This document shows, piece after piece, positions 11,900-24,030 of a stretch of DNA of 64,000 bases. Position 1 is the first letter of the stretch, and each line of letters opens with the position of its first letter. The stretch lies in NCBI GenBank assembly GCA_013239625.1, contig MU054117.1, positions 4,206,677 through 4,270,676 on the forward strand, written 5' to 3'. This DNA comes from Lama guanicoe. Taxonomy: Eukaryota. Under the pieces are notes generated by a model. It worked only from the letters and a program-made list of their open reading frames with translations, was not told the DNA's origin and made no database searches. Made by a program: the position numbers and the translations under genes.

Positions 11900-12215
11900 G
11901 ACAAACATGAATAACACATCATCATTTCACGAGTGCTGCAGTACTCAGGATGCAAAAAAACACACTTTTTTGAAACTAGCTTATTTAAACAAAACACACA
12001 TATTGGGGGGCACATATACTCATGTAGACAAACCAGTACAGAGACACTTGTAGGAAAATGACTAGAAGCAATTCGACACAATATGAGTCATGGTTTTGTT
12101 AGCTCGTGGGATTGTGGATGGGTGTTATTTATTTTTTTTCCTGCATTTTTAAGCTCTCTACTTTGTTAGTGAATTATTTTTATAATAAAAAGTGGTTTCT
12201 TTAAAAAAGAAAATG
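11900..12215 (+). mobile_element. Ancient L1ME-like 3' fragment
   Basis: Degenerate gtgggattgtggatgggtgttatttattttt...aataaaaag terminus. Confidence 0.4.
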
Positions 12216-12559
12216 TACCAGCCCATATCTTATGGTTCCCCAGCTCGTAAAGTTAGTAAATCACCACACTAAGCCCCTAAAAAGGGGTTTTCCCTTCGAT
12301 GGAATATTGATGATGGGTGTCTGGTAAGAAAAATATGATCCACGAAGGAGAAGTATATTTTATTTCCAACGAGCCCCTGACCTAAAACACGGGAGGGAAA
12401 CAGAAGCTCCGCCCACCCTTGGAGGGAAGGACCAAAGGACAAGGAGAACAAGTAAAATCTGTTCACCCCCACCAGATGCTCTCCCACCACAACGCAGCCA
12501 ACCACCAGGAAATGTAGCCCCCACCACAAGACAAAGCCGGACAATCTACGCAATCAAAA

Positions 12560-14420
12560 CTTTCCTTGAGCCCACCAGAGTGGAGGCTGCAAGGTAACCA
12601 GGTCAGCCGAATTTAAAAAAAAAATGACAGGCTCTTGCAAGGAAACGGGACACACACACAAAAAAAATGACAGGCTCTTGCAAGGAAACGGGACACACAA
12701 CCGTTTCGTGTCAGAGCCTGGGAGGGAAAGGCAGTCACCATAAAAGTGAGGAAGAAGAAACAGCTAAAATGTTTAAAATTCTGGAAGCTGAGTGTCGGTT
12801 AGCATGACAGACCAGGACAGCTGAGAGGATGTGCTCATTCACAAGATCCTGTCCAGCGACCGGTGGCCGCCACCCAGTTACTCGTGGGAAGGACACCTGA
12901 CAAGGATGGAGACCAGAGAGAGCCCCCTTAGTTGCACACAGGTCTGAAAGTCCGCCCATCTCCCTGGACCATCTTTCATTCAAACCAGATGCCTAAGCAC
13001 CAGGTATCAAGGATGGAGGGGAGTCTGATGCTGGGGGAGGGGCAGGAGAGAGACCCCCTGTGGCAAAGGTCTCCTGAGATCTGAGGGTGGAAAGGGCACG
13101 GCGAGGACCATTCTCCAGTGCGTCACCACCCACACAAAGCAGATGGCAACAGCATCCCACCGCCGGGCGAACCTGAAGGCTGTGGTGCCCTGACAGCGAC
13201 TTGAGCGAAAACACAACACAGAACCACCTCAGCCCCTGGACTGATTCCACTCCCCTCACTAACGGTCAGAGAGGCAGAAGCCCACTTCCAGGTGTAAATA
13301 CCATCGACTTCAGTTTCTACTGTCCTTTCACACACAATGTCTAGAATTCAATTTAAAAAAAAAAATCTTGAGAAACGCAAACACACAAAAGAACACTGTC
13401 AAGAAATGAGGCAATCGACAAAACCAAAGTCGATCCAGATGCCAGAATTATCACACAGGAGCTTCAAAATAACACAATAATATGCTAAGGAATAATCTAA
13501 TGCCAAAGAAGGGCAACATGCATGAGAAAACTGGGAATTTCCATAGAGAGACACATACAAAAGCACAACGTGGAAATCCCAGAGCAAAAAAAATTATACT
13601 GCGTATGAAAAATGTCTTCATTAGAGTGCATTAGCAGATGACTGGACGCAGCTGGGGAAAGACTCAATACACTTGAACTTATGAGTCAATGAGTATTATC
13701 TAAGCTAAGATACAAAGAGAAAAAAAAGTAAAGAGTTAAAAAGAATGTAGCAATCAAGAGCCACAGGCAATATCAAAGGGTCTGTCGTACGTGTAACTGA
13801 AGTTCCAGAGGATTAAGAGAAAGGGGACCCAGGAGGAATAGCGGCATGGATTATGGTTAAGAACTTCCCCAAAATCAGAAACAACAAAACAGATCCAAGC
13901 CCTCCAGAAAACCCCAAGCAGGATGGACAGAAAGGCAAAAATAAAACACCACATGCCTAGACACATCATAATCAAGCTTCGGCAAATCAGAAAAGGGAAG
14001 AGAAAACCTTTAATTAAGCTGGAGTGGCAGGGGGTCAGTGAGACGAGGAACGGAGGATGCCCTGTACGAAGGAACAAAGGTAAGATTTACAGACAGTTTC
14101 TTGGCAGAAACCATGCAAGCCACAAGGTGACACAGTGGCAACCTTAAAGCAGGGAAAGGAAAAAACAAGTCAGCTCAGAATACTACACACAAAGAAAATA
14201 GCTTTCAGAAATGAAGACAAAATGAAGACTCTTTCAGCAAGCAAACGCTAAGGCAATTCACCGCCAACAAATGTGCACAACGAGAACCGTGAAAGGAGGT
14301 TCTTTGGTTAAAAATCTGGATCCATACAATGAAAGAGACAGTACCAGCAACAGCAAAAAGAATGGTAAATATAAAGGCATTTTTCTTATTTTGATCTTTT
14401 TTAAAGATGATTCGCCGTCG
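12560..14420 (+). mobile_element. Old L1 (L1M/L1MC-like) 5' region with decayed ORF1
   Basis: A-rich plus strand; ORF1p-like remnants such as MPRHIIIKL (ORF 13923..14147) and the ttatggttaagaacttcccc 'IMAENFP'-like segment; many stops and frameshifts. Confidence 0.7.
12617..12699 (+). repeat. Exact tandem duplication, 43-nt period
   Basis: aaaaaaatgacaggctcttgcaaggaaacgggacacaca occurs twice (tgacagg at 12625 and 12668). Confidence 0.92.
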
Positions 14421-14425
14421 AGGCT

Positions 14426-15235
14426 CCAGAAACCAGAGCTTGGCAGGATCCCCTTCGGGATCCAGGAGAAATACTAAAGAGCAAGTTCTCATCCCCTCGT
14501 CTTTCTACTGCTGTGGAGATTTCCTCCAGTGGGTGGGCGGACCTCAGTAACAGAAAATGTCGCTCACAAGGGGCAAACTCAGAAAGCACAGTGCAAAAGG
14601 GCTCGGCTTGGGGCGGCAGGGCTGTGAGAGTCAGGCTTGGCCCAAGTCCTGACATTAGGAGGCAACACAGACGCCTGCTAACGGGATGGGAACTGCTCAG
14701 CCCTCCAGAGGGAAGAAAATCCTGCTTGGAATCTGAGAACCCTCCGTCTTTAACACTCTCTTGTGCCACTTCTGTCAAGTGCCTCCCTCTTCCCTCCCAA
14801 GTCCTCTCGTTTAAGAGGCTTCCAAACAAAGAACTGTCGATGGAGCCAGGGAAGCCGTGGGGCCAGGCTGGCGGGACGCCAGGGCAGGCCCAGGAGCCAG
14901 AATTGGCTGGGCCGACGTGGTCCATCACAGGCCCACAGGAAGATGTGTTCAGAGTCACAAATGGGACCAAAAAAAGATCAGAGAGGGCCGGGGACCAGAT
15001 GTTCGGGACACCAGGTCCAGGGTCAACCAGGAGAGGGAGGTGCAGGAGACAGGTGGAAAAGTCAGGCAGACAAGAAGTCAAAGCCGACAAAGCTAAATTA
15101 AAGCGAGAAAAACAAGACAGGAAGAAACCAAGCCCCAGAAACCAGAGCCTTGGCAGGATCCTCTTCGGGATCCAGGAGAAACACTAAAAGGCAAGTTCCG
15201 CTCCCCGGTCTTTCTGCTGCTTTGGGTATTTCCTC
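14426..15235 (+). repeat. Dispersed direct repeat of ~100 bp (14426-14526 and 15135-15235)
   Basis: ccagaaaccagagc(c)ttggcaggatcc(c/t)cttcgggatccaggagaaa(t/c)actaaa...gcaagttc...gtctttct(a/g)ctgct...atttcctc in both copies. Confidence 0.9.
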
Positions 15236-16044
15236 TTTGCACGAGCTGCGCACAGCTCAGAAGAACCGAGTACCGTGTGTGAGGCGGCACAGTGAATGAC
15301 AGAACCCCAGACGCCAGCTCAGAGCAGCCTGGTTTCCAGCCTGCGCTTTACCCAGGACGTGTCTCTTCGGTAACACGGTAGAGGATAATGCAAACTTGAG
15401 CCTCCCAGTTTACAAAGTATTATGATTTATTTCCTTTTTTAATAAAAAACTGAAAGGAAGCCCGAGGATCAGTGAAAGCAGAATCCTCCACTCGCTGGTT
15501 TACAAAACCCTGTGACCTCCAGAAGCACGTTCGCATCAGAAAAGGCAATGTTGGCATCTGCTCCGATTTCCATTTGTAAAAAAAGCAACACATAAAATAA
15601 TTATTTAGACATTTTCTGTTTATTAATGAGCCGCGTGAGAGCTTCCAAGAACACATCAGATGGTGATCAGAGCCACATGCTTGCACCCAGTCCCCCAGTC
15701 ATTTATCATCCAGTGGTTTTGGCCATTTTACATTGTTTTCATTTTCATTCTTAAATAGTGCTTTTTTTTTAACCCACACCAATCTTTAAATAAAGATGGA
15801 GATATAAGGAACACCGATGGTGAAATATAACATCTTAATGCAGAGCATAAAAGTGGTAAAAAGAATTCAATACATTTACCTCTACATGACACTCACACAG
15901 ATCCATAAATTACACACAACTGACCAAAACTATTACATGACATAAAAGATATTCTCACTACTCAAAATCAGTATTAAGGGAGGACTATTATATCCAATTG
16001 TATCCAGTTGGCCTTTCATTTACTGGGAGGTAAAGATTGTCAGA

Positions 16045-17765
16045 GGATGGGGCCAAGATGGCAGAGCAGGAAGCGCCTGAGCTCACCTCCTGCCATGGAC
16101 ACACCAAAATTACAACAGTTTATAGAGCAACCACTGATGATAATCTAGCAGAATTAGGCCAGAATAGACTGGAATCTAGCAGAAAAGGTCAACAACTAAA
16201 GACACAAAGAAGGAACCACCCTGAGACGGGTAAGAGGGGCAGAGACACCGTATGGTCAAGACCCCTCCCCTGGGGCAGGTGACCCCCAACCGGGAGGTTC
16301 TCCCCAAGGAATGAGGGGTCCAAGCCCCACATCAGACTCAGCCTGGGGGCCCTGCGCTGGCAAGACGAGTCCCCAGAATGTTCAGCTTGGAAGGTCACTG
16401 GGGCTTACTTTCAGGGGCGCCACAGGGCTGTGGGAAGCAGAGGCTTTGCTCTTAAAGGATGCAGATAAAATCTCACAGCCTGCAAGACCCAGGGCTGAAG
16501 CAGTCGTTTGAAAGGAACCCGGCCAGACCCACCTGCTGATCTTGGAGCGTCTCCTGGACAGGCAGGAGGCGACTGGAACTCTACCTGGGGACACAGACAC
16601 TGGCAGCAGCCATTCTGGGGAGCTGGCAAGCGCCATGTTGGACTCCTCCCTCTAGGTTATGAGTGCCAGGACCCGCCCCGCCCACTGGCCTGTTGGCACC
16701 AGTGCTGAGACACCTCAGGCCAAGTCAGACAACTAGCTGAGCAGGGACACGGCCCCACCCACCAGCAGGCTGGCTGCCTTAAGACACCCTGAGACTACAG
16801 CTGCCCCAGGACCCAGCTCCATCCACCAGGGGGGCCAGGACCCAGCCCACACACCAGTGCACCAGCACAAGCCTCAGGACGCCCTGGGCTCTGCAGCCAG
16901 CGACCCTGGACCTGGCTTCACCCACCGGCGAGCTGGTGCTACACCTGGGACCACTGGGCTTACGTCCTACCCACCAGCAAGCCTACATCAGCTCCAGCAC
17001 CCCTGGGCTCTGCTGCCAGAGACCCCAGGACCCAGTGCCACCCACCAATGGGCCACAACTAGCGGCAGGACCAGCCTCACCCACCAGTGGCCCCATACCC
17101 ACTCCAGGACCTCCAGACTCCACAGTCAGAGACCTCAGGAACCCCCTCCACCCACCAGTGGGCCAGCATTGACACCAGGACATGGCATCATTCACCAGCC
17201 CAGGTCCACCACAGCCCCGCAGCCCCCACGTCAGGACCCAGTCCAGCCAGCAGCAGGCTGGCACCAGCTCCAAGACACCTTGAATCCCTCAGCCAGCCAC
17301 TGAGGATCTAGCCCCACTCATCAGCAGGCCAACACCAGCTTTGAGACACCCTAGGACCCAAGTCATCCAGTTCTTCTGGGGTGTCAAGAGCCAGCCACGC
17401 CCATCAGCAGGCCGACACTAGAGCCACAACCTACCCACCCTAGAACCCATCACTACCCACAAGTGGGCCAGCACTAGCCCTGGGACACCCCTGGGCTCTC
17501 CAGTCGGCCACCTTATGACCCCGCCCTGCCCATCAGTGGCCAACAGCCTCCATACAAGGCATGCCTGGCAACCAACTGGACTGGAGGTTACGCCTACCAG
17601 ACCACCCACAGCAGTCAGCCCTGTGACAGAAGGACTCATACAACCCATATAAGGGGCACCCCTAGAGCATGTAGCTCTGGTGACCAGAGGGCAGTGCACT
17701 GCTGGGACTCACAGGACCTCCTCTACAAAAGGCCACTTCTCCAAGGTTGGGAAGGGCAAAAAAAA
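16045..17765 (+). mobile_element. L1 5'UTR (~1.7 kb, GC-rich, internally repetitive) without ORF1 or ORF2
   Basis: Begins ggccAAGATGGCagagcaggaagcgcctgagctcacctcc (YY1-type L1 start), contains many cccaccag/gggcc subrepeats, and ends ...ggccacttctccaagg followed by A8. Confidence 0.72.
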
Positions 17766-17822
17766 GGGGGTGAAGAGTTAGGAGATACTGATCAGTTACA
17801 ATCCTCTCATTTTACAAATGTC

Positions 17823-18532
17823 CTTCCATGTCTTGGCTATTGTAAACAGTTCCTCTATGATCACTGGGGTGCATGTATCTTTTCAAATTAGAGTTTTCTC
17901 CGGACATATGCCCAGGAGTGGGATTGCCAGATCATATGGTAACTCTGTTTTTAGTTTTGTTAAGAAACGTCCGTACTGTTCTCCACAGTGGCTGCACCAA
18001 TTTACATTCCCACCTAAACGTCCATCAACAAATGAGTGGATAAAGAAGAGGTGCTAAAAACACAATGGAATACTACTCAGCCGTAAAAATGAAATAATGC
18101 CATTTGCAGCAACATGGATGGACCTGGAGATCATCAGACTAAGTGAACTAAGTCAGATAGAGAAAGACAAATACCATATATCACTTACATGTGGAATCTT
18201 TAAAAAAAATGATACAAATGAACTTATTTACAAACCAGAAAGAGACTCACAGACATAGAAAACAAGCTATGGTTACCAAAAGGGATGGGATGAGGGGAGG
18301 GGTAAATTAGGAGTTTGGGATTAACAGATACACAATACTATATATGAAACAGATAAACAACAAGGACCTACTATATAGCACAGGGAACTATATTCAATAT
18401 CTTATAATAACCTATAATGGAAAAGAATCTGAAATACATGTATATATGTGTGTGTGTGTATAACTGAATCACTTTGCTGTACATCTGAAACTAACACATT
18501 ATAAATCAACTATACTTCAATTTAAAAATAAA
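17823..18532 (+). mobile_element. L1 3' insertion with 5' inversion (17823-18014 antisense, 18012-18532 sense)
   Basis: The antisense part is the reverse complement of sequence in the copy at ~35555-35725; the sense part continues from acctaa as in 35728 onward. Confidence 0.88.
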
Positions 18533-19982
18533 CCTTCTATAAATTTAAAAATAAATAATAATCTGAAGTGGAAACTGACATGAGCTTGGAGAAAATAAAA
18601 AAGCCCCCGGAGTTAGGGCGCCCACAGGGCCAACGAGCCGTGACCTGAGGCACCAGCATGAACCAAGAATCCTCAGCACTGCGGACGGTAAAAGGAAGGG
18701 TCTCGAGAGGAGGGAGCAAGGTCACAGGTAGCAATAATCAGCTACGGCCCCACGCAGGCTCCAGAGAGAAGTGAAAATTCAATCATTTGTCCTCACCTCA
18801 AGGTGAGGATACAGAGAAGGAGATGAAGTCTTAGCGATGAAGACAGCAAGAAAGAGGCCAGGAGAAGAGAGCAGAATCCCCGAGTGAACTTGACCCTCTC
18901 CAAACCTGGCAAGCGGTTGCAGGGGCTGAGGAGATGAAGGGGCCAAGGTGGGGCTTGCAAAAGGGGCCCCTAAGTCATCCGAAGGCTCTTTCTCAAAAAA
19001 GCTTCCTTATGATTTCAGGGCAAGTGCATCACGAACATATGGATTTGACTGTATCTCCCTGCCCCCATCTTCCTCTCCTCCCACCAGAAAAAAACATACA
19101 GATTTCAAAATGAAAATGGAAAAAAATCCCAAAAGTGCAGCCAGGGACCAAAGTGCATAGCATGGTCTTAAACAAGCTGGGAACACACTAGGAGAACAGT
19201 TGCAGCTGGTCAACAAATTCAAATGGCAGTGCCACCCAGCCCCGCCATTAACACTGACAGCCAGGGATGTTCCTGCACTCAGGTGGGAGCAGACGTGTGG
19301 TCTGCCAGAAGGGACTGGAAGAAACAGCCCCCGAAAGTCTAACACTCAGCTGGGTGAGGTGCCACACCATTTCCCGACAGTTCCAAGACTAACGTGTAGA
19401 GCTGGGTCCACTTTTGTCCCCTAACTTATCAAAGGGTTGGTGTCCAGCTGTTCCCCATCTCCACTGGAAATGGAACAGGACGGCTTCCATTAGAGCGGAG
19501 GGAAGGCAATTTAGACTTCAAAAGGAATGACCAGTTGTACCGCACTCATAGAACACAGCATAGCAAGCACATGGCTGTAAATCAATCTAGTCACAAATAT
19601 TTATCGAGTGCCTCCTCCAGGAAGAGCTGCGCCATGTCAGACACCAAGCTAGACGCCTTTCAGATATTATTCCCAGTCCTCACAGGAGCACCATGATCAA
19701 CCCCGTTTTCTAGATGAGGACTAAGACTCAGAGAGCAAGATCAGAAAGCCAGGAAATGGCGGAACAAGAGTCAAACTCAAGTTTATCCAATTCCAAATTT
19801 TTTCTTCATCCTTTGGAATTTCAGCTAAGTGCTGAAGGGAATTCTTTTTACTTCCCCGCCTCCAAAACTAGCACATTGTTTCATACTGAGTAAATGCTGA
19901 ATGAAAGAAGGAACCAGCACAAATTATGGGTTCCACCACCAGTGTTCTAATACCCTACTTCATCAATTTAAATATTCACCTT

Positions 19983-20200
19983 TTGGGGGGAGTTTGGGAC
20001 TGGCAGATACAAGCTACTATGTACAAAACAGATAAACAACAAGGTCCTACTGTGCAGCACAGTAAGCTGCAATGAAAAAGAATATGAAAAAGCATGTGTA
20101 TATATGTATATACATAACTGAATCACCATGCTGTATACCAGAAACTAACATAACATTGTAAATCAACTCTGCTTCAATTAAAAAATGGGGGGAAATAAAA
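19983..20200 (+). mobile_element. 5'-truncated L1 3' end with TSD and a small internal deletion
   Basis: TSD taaatattcacctt (19969-19982) vs taaatattcgcctt (20201-20214); lacks the ggaactatattcaata segment present in sister copies. Confidence 0.88.
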
Positions 20201-21044
20201 TAAATATTCGCCTTCCTGAAGTAGTACATGAAATAAATGTGTGTCTTACACTCAGCAGACTCTGAGAATCATGATCATCTCGAACCAAGACCAGTCTCTG
20301 ATGAAAGTGTAATGAACAGTGTGAGGCAGTGAGGGCTAAGTGCTGTATCCAGAGAGCAGGCCAAAATCAGTGCAATCAACTTTACATTAAGGGCTGAAAG
20401 AATTTTGATGAGAGTGGAGAAGAGTCACTTGAGGCTTCTCTCTATGAACAGCATATAGGTTTCTTAAAAGCAGGGATTTCATCTGGCTTTTTCTGTTTGC
20501 TCCCCAAGTTTCCAGTTTTCCGTATTATGCAAGAAGGAACAGTGGGTGTCTCCCCTCTGGAAGGATCAGAAAGTGAAGGAGAGCCCAAACCATCTCACAT
20601 TTCTAGGGACTGCCTCCTAGAGGCAGAGGTTTGAATCAGATGGTCTCTGGAGAACCCTCCTAGATCCGACTTTTGTATCTGAAATGGGAAATCTGATGGG
20701 TTGCTTATCTGATTAATCACGGAAACTTCCTGTGCACTGACAGGGTCAAATCAAGAGCTCACTCAACAGGGGAACTTGCTGACTCGCTTCTCTCTGACCT
20801 AGCTTCCTTCTCCAATTCCACACTTCTGCTCACTGCCCCCTTCCCAAACACACACACACACACACAAAGTCATTTAAAATTAATCTCCAATCTCTACTCT
20901 CAATTTGCATAATCCAAAAATCCTACTTTGTTCAGGGCGTACTCCATGGTTTTAGGGAACAGAGAATAATCACACATGCGGAAGAACCTTTAATAAGAAG
21001 TTCAATCGATCCTTCTCCCTTCGTAACGCTGCCCAGTAGGGGCG

Positions 21045-21657
21045 ACAATTCAAAACCAATTCCTGCATGCTAGAAGTAACGGGTGAAAATCTGATGAGGA
21101 ACAGGACATTCACAGCATCTCAAAGACTCCCCACATAAATGTCTTAATAACTACAAAGGAAAACCTGTAACCTCACCGTGGAGGAACCTGGTAGACACCA
21201 TCGTAACCCAGTGATCAAAGCCAACATCACCGTAAAAGGGACAGGCACAGGCCTCCTGTTGTGACGTATCGAAAAGGACGAACATCCCTCGAGTAGGAGT
21301 CCTACTAAGGACGCATCAGCTGGATCTAGTCACGAGGAAGCATCAGACACACCCAAATTAGGAGACCTTGGACAAAACGACCCTTCAGTCTTCAAAAACG
21401 TCAGTGCCATGAAGACAAAAGATCACAAATTAAAGGAGACTGATGAGATCAACCAACCATACGCTGTCGCACAGGACATTCCTGGGACAACTGACGTTTC
21501 AGAAGGGATTGCAGGCTAAGTAATGATATAACAGCAATGCTAAATTTCCTGGTTTTGAAAATGACACCATAAGAAAAAAAAATCTTTCTTTTTAGAAACT
21601 ACACACTGTAGTGTTCAGGGCTAAAGAAACATGATGTCTGCCACATCCTCTTAAATG

Positions 21658-21712
<55 letters not shown>

Positions 21713-21850
21713 TTCTTCAGAGAGAAAGGGGACATCAGAGGAAATGTGGCAAAATGTGACCTGAGGAATCTGAGTGCTAACAGGAAGGAGTTCTTTGTAT
21801 TATTTTAAAAAATTTCCCGTAAGTGTGAAATTTTCAAAATAAAAAGGAAA
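21045..21850 (+). mobile_element. Old L1MC/L1MD-like 3' end
   Basis: gtggaggaacctggtagacaccatcgtaacccagtgatcaaagccaacatcacc, and terminus aagtgtgaaattttcaaaataaaaa. Confidence 0.7.
21661..21711 (+). repeat. (TAA)17 perfect microsatellite
   Basis: Uninterrupted taa run of 51 nt. Confidence 0.95.
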
Positions 21851-23264
21851 AAACAAAACCAATTTCTCGTCATTTTACAGGAGTCATTCAGCCCGTGCCC
21901 TGTCCCCTAAGTAGCAACGTCTGACTTCTGAGGCTCCAAAAGCCTTCAGAGAAGAAAACGGAGGCACCTCCATCGGCTTGTCCTGCCGCCCCAGACGTCC
22001 CGTCCTTCCTTCGCCTTCAGCAGGGACAACCAGTGAACACAGTGATGGTCAGAAACAATTATCTGAGCGTGAAACAGTTAGTGCGACAACCACCGCGAGG
22101 AAGTTAATAGCCTTTCACGTGGCGGCAGGATGCTCCTTCGCTTGTAAACACAACCAGCAGGGAAATGCAGCCAAACCCACCCTCTGGCCTCAGGACCTGC
22201 GCGTCTTAAATCAGAGTTAACAAGGCAGGGCAGGCGCAGGGCACATTTTGAAGGAGGCTCTGAAAACAACAATGTTCCTGGAAGCAGTTCCTGGAGTGGG
22301 GAAAGGAAACCTTGATGACTTCGGAGACACTCGAATAGGCTGCCAGGGGAGCCAATGGGCAGCCTTTCCTGGACAGCCTTAAAAGGGGAAATCGTCAAGG
22401 AAAATGTTACGATGCGTAGAATTTACTTTCAAGCACCTCATCATATGAAGTGTGAGAGGATGTGTCCCACTTGACTGGAGCAGGGATGCAGGCGCCAGCC
22501 AGGAAGGCCCAGGTGTTCAGCAGGTGCTCTGCTCAGAAAGCCCGTGCTCACAGGTGGCACTGCTGCCTGGCTTCTCTCTGCCCACAAGCACAGCTCGGTT
22601 AATTAGCATGCAGCGTGTCAGAAATGGATTTTCACGGGTGAAAGTTAACAGCCTGTTGACTAGCATAACCAATGTCGGAAAAGAACCCTCGGCTGGTGAA
22701 ATTAGAGGTATGCACACAATGTGGGCTAAACAGACTTATCTCTGACATCCACCCACCCATCCGTCCTTGCCTATAAATATCCACGGACGTCTGTACCCCT
22801 CGTCCTAGAGATGGTGCCTCCGGCTGAACTCCTGACTGGCCCCACGTCCAGCTGAGTCTCTGGATTCTGTCTCCCCAACATTCGTTATAAGGGAAACAAA
22901 ATTCCATCTCTAGAACTGAGGTTTCTGCCTAGAGTGAATCTTTGATGCAAGGAGATGGTCAGAGAATACAAAAGAACAGTTTTTGATATTATACATATAT
23001 AATTAAATAAATATAAATATATAAGCAGTTGGGACACCCTGAACAAGTCGTGTGAACTTTTTCTTTTTTTTTTTTTTTTTTTCTCTTTTTAAAAAAGAAC
23101 TGTGCGTGACTGAGCCGGCTTCGGTCAGCCTGCAGCAGATGAAGGGGGTGTGGCCCTGCAGACGCGGAGGGGCCGGTGGCAGGATGAGCTGTGGGCAGGC
23201 CCTTGTGTTAAGGATTTCTAACTTAATTCCAGCATGGTCTGAGGCTATATGCCATATGACCTCA

Positions 23265-24030
23265 ATTTTGAAAAACCACTGGAACTTGTTTTCGGGCTAG
23301 AATGCGGTTTAGCTCAGTAAACGGTCCATGTGCCCTTGAAAATAATGCGTTTGCTGCAGTTTGGACGCCTTCTTTGATAAATATCAACTAGGACAAGGTA
23401 TTCACGATGCTGTTGAAATCTGTATCCTAATTGTCCCCTTGTTCTGCTCATTACTGAGGGAGCCGCAATCACCAAATACAACTGCGGATTTATCTCTTTT
23501 TTTCTGTTTTGCATTGTGAAGCTGTTTTCCGGTACAACACAGTCCTAAACAGGACTGTTACACCTTTTTCGTGAGTTGGCCCTTTTATCTACATAAATAT
23601 TACCCACATCTCTGATAATATTCCTTGCCCTAAAGCCTGCTTCATCTGGTATCAATACAGCCACTTCAGCTTTCTTTTGACTATTATTTACATGGTATAT
23701 CTTTTCCATCCTTTTACTTTTAACCTGTCTGTTCCTTTAGAGTTAAAATATGGTCCCAGTAGGCGGCACATCATTGGGTATCGCTTTCTTATCCGATCTA
23801 ACAATTTCTACCTCTTACTTTCGGTGTTCAGGCCATTTGTACTGATACAATTACCAGTATGGTTGGGTTTAAGATTACCGTCTTGCTAGTCATCTTCTTG
23901 TTCAGAGCAACTGTAGGGCTAAGCTCATTCTTTCAGGGACTACCTCCCTCCTTATTGTCAAATGTCTGAAGACAGTTTTCACACATCTATTTATATAGGT
24001 TTCTAGTTGTTTATGGCAGAAAAGCTGGTC
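23265..24030 (-). mobile_element. Ancient L1 ORF2 (endonuclease region) fragment
   Basis: T-rich plus strand; tttacatggtatatcttttccatccttttacttttaacct and ccatgtgcccttgaaaataatg are typical antisense L1M ORF2 segments. Confidence 0.7.

Noticed and set aside
14401..15187. 224-aa and 229-aa ORFs as protein-coding genes
   Set aside because: Non-ATG starts, low-information G/P/S/R-rich composition and no recognisable domain; such ORFs are expected in GC-rich intron.
12617..15235. CRISPR-like or other prokaryotic repeat-spacer system
   Set aside because: Only two-copy duplications in a mammalian intron; there is no array and no associated genes.
18790..18809. Near-palindrome tcctcacct-ca-aggtgagga
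   Set aside because: An isolated 9-bp stem with no supporting context; plausible by chance in 64 kb.
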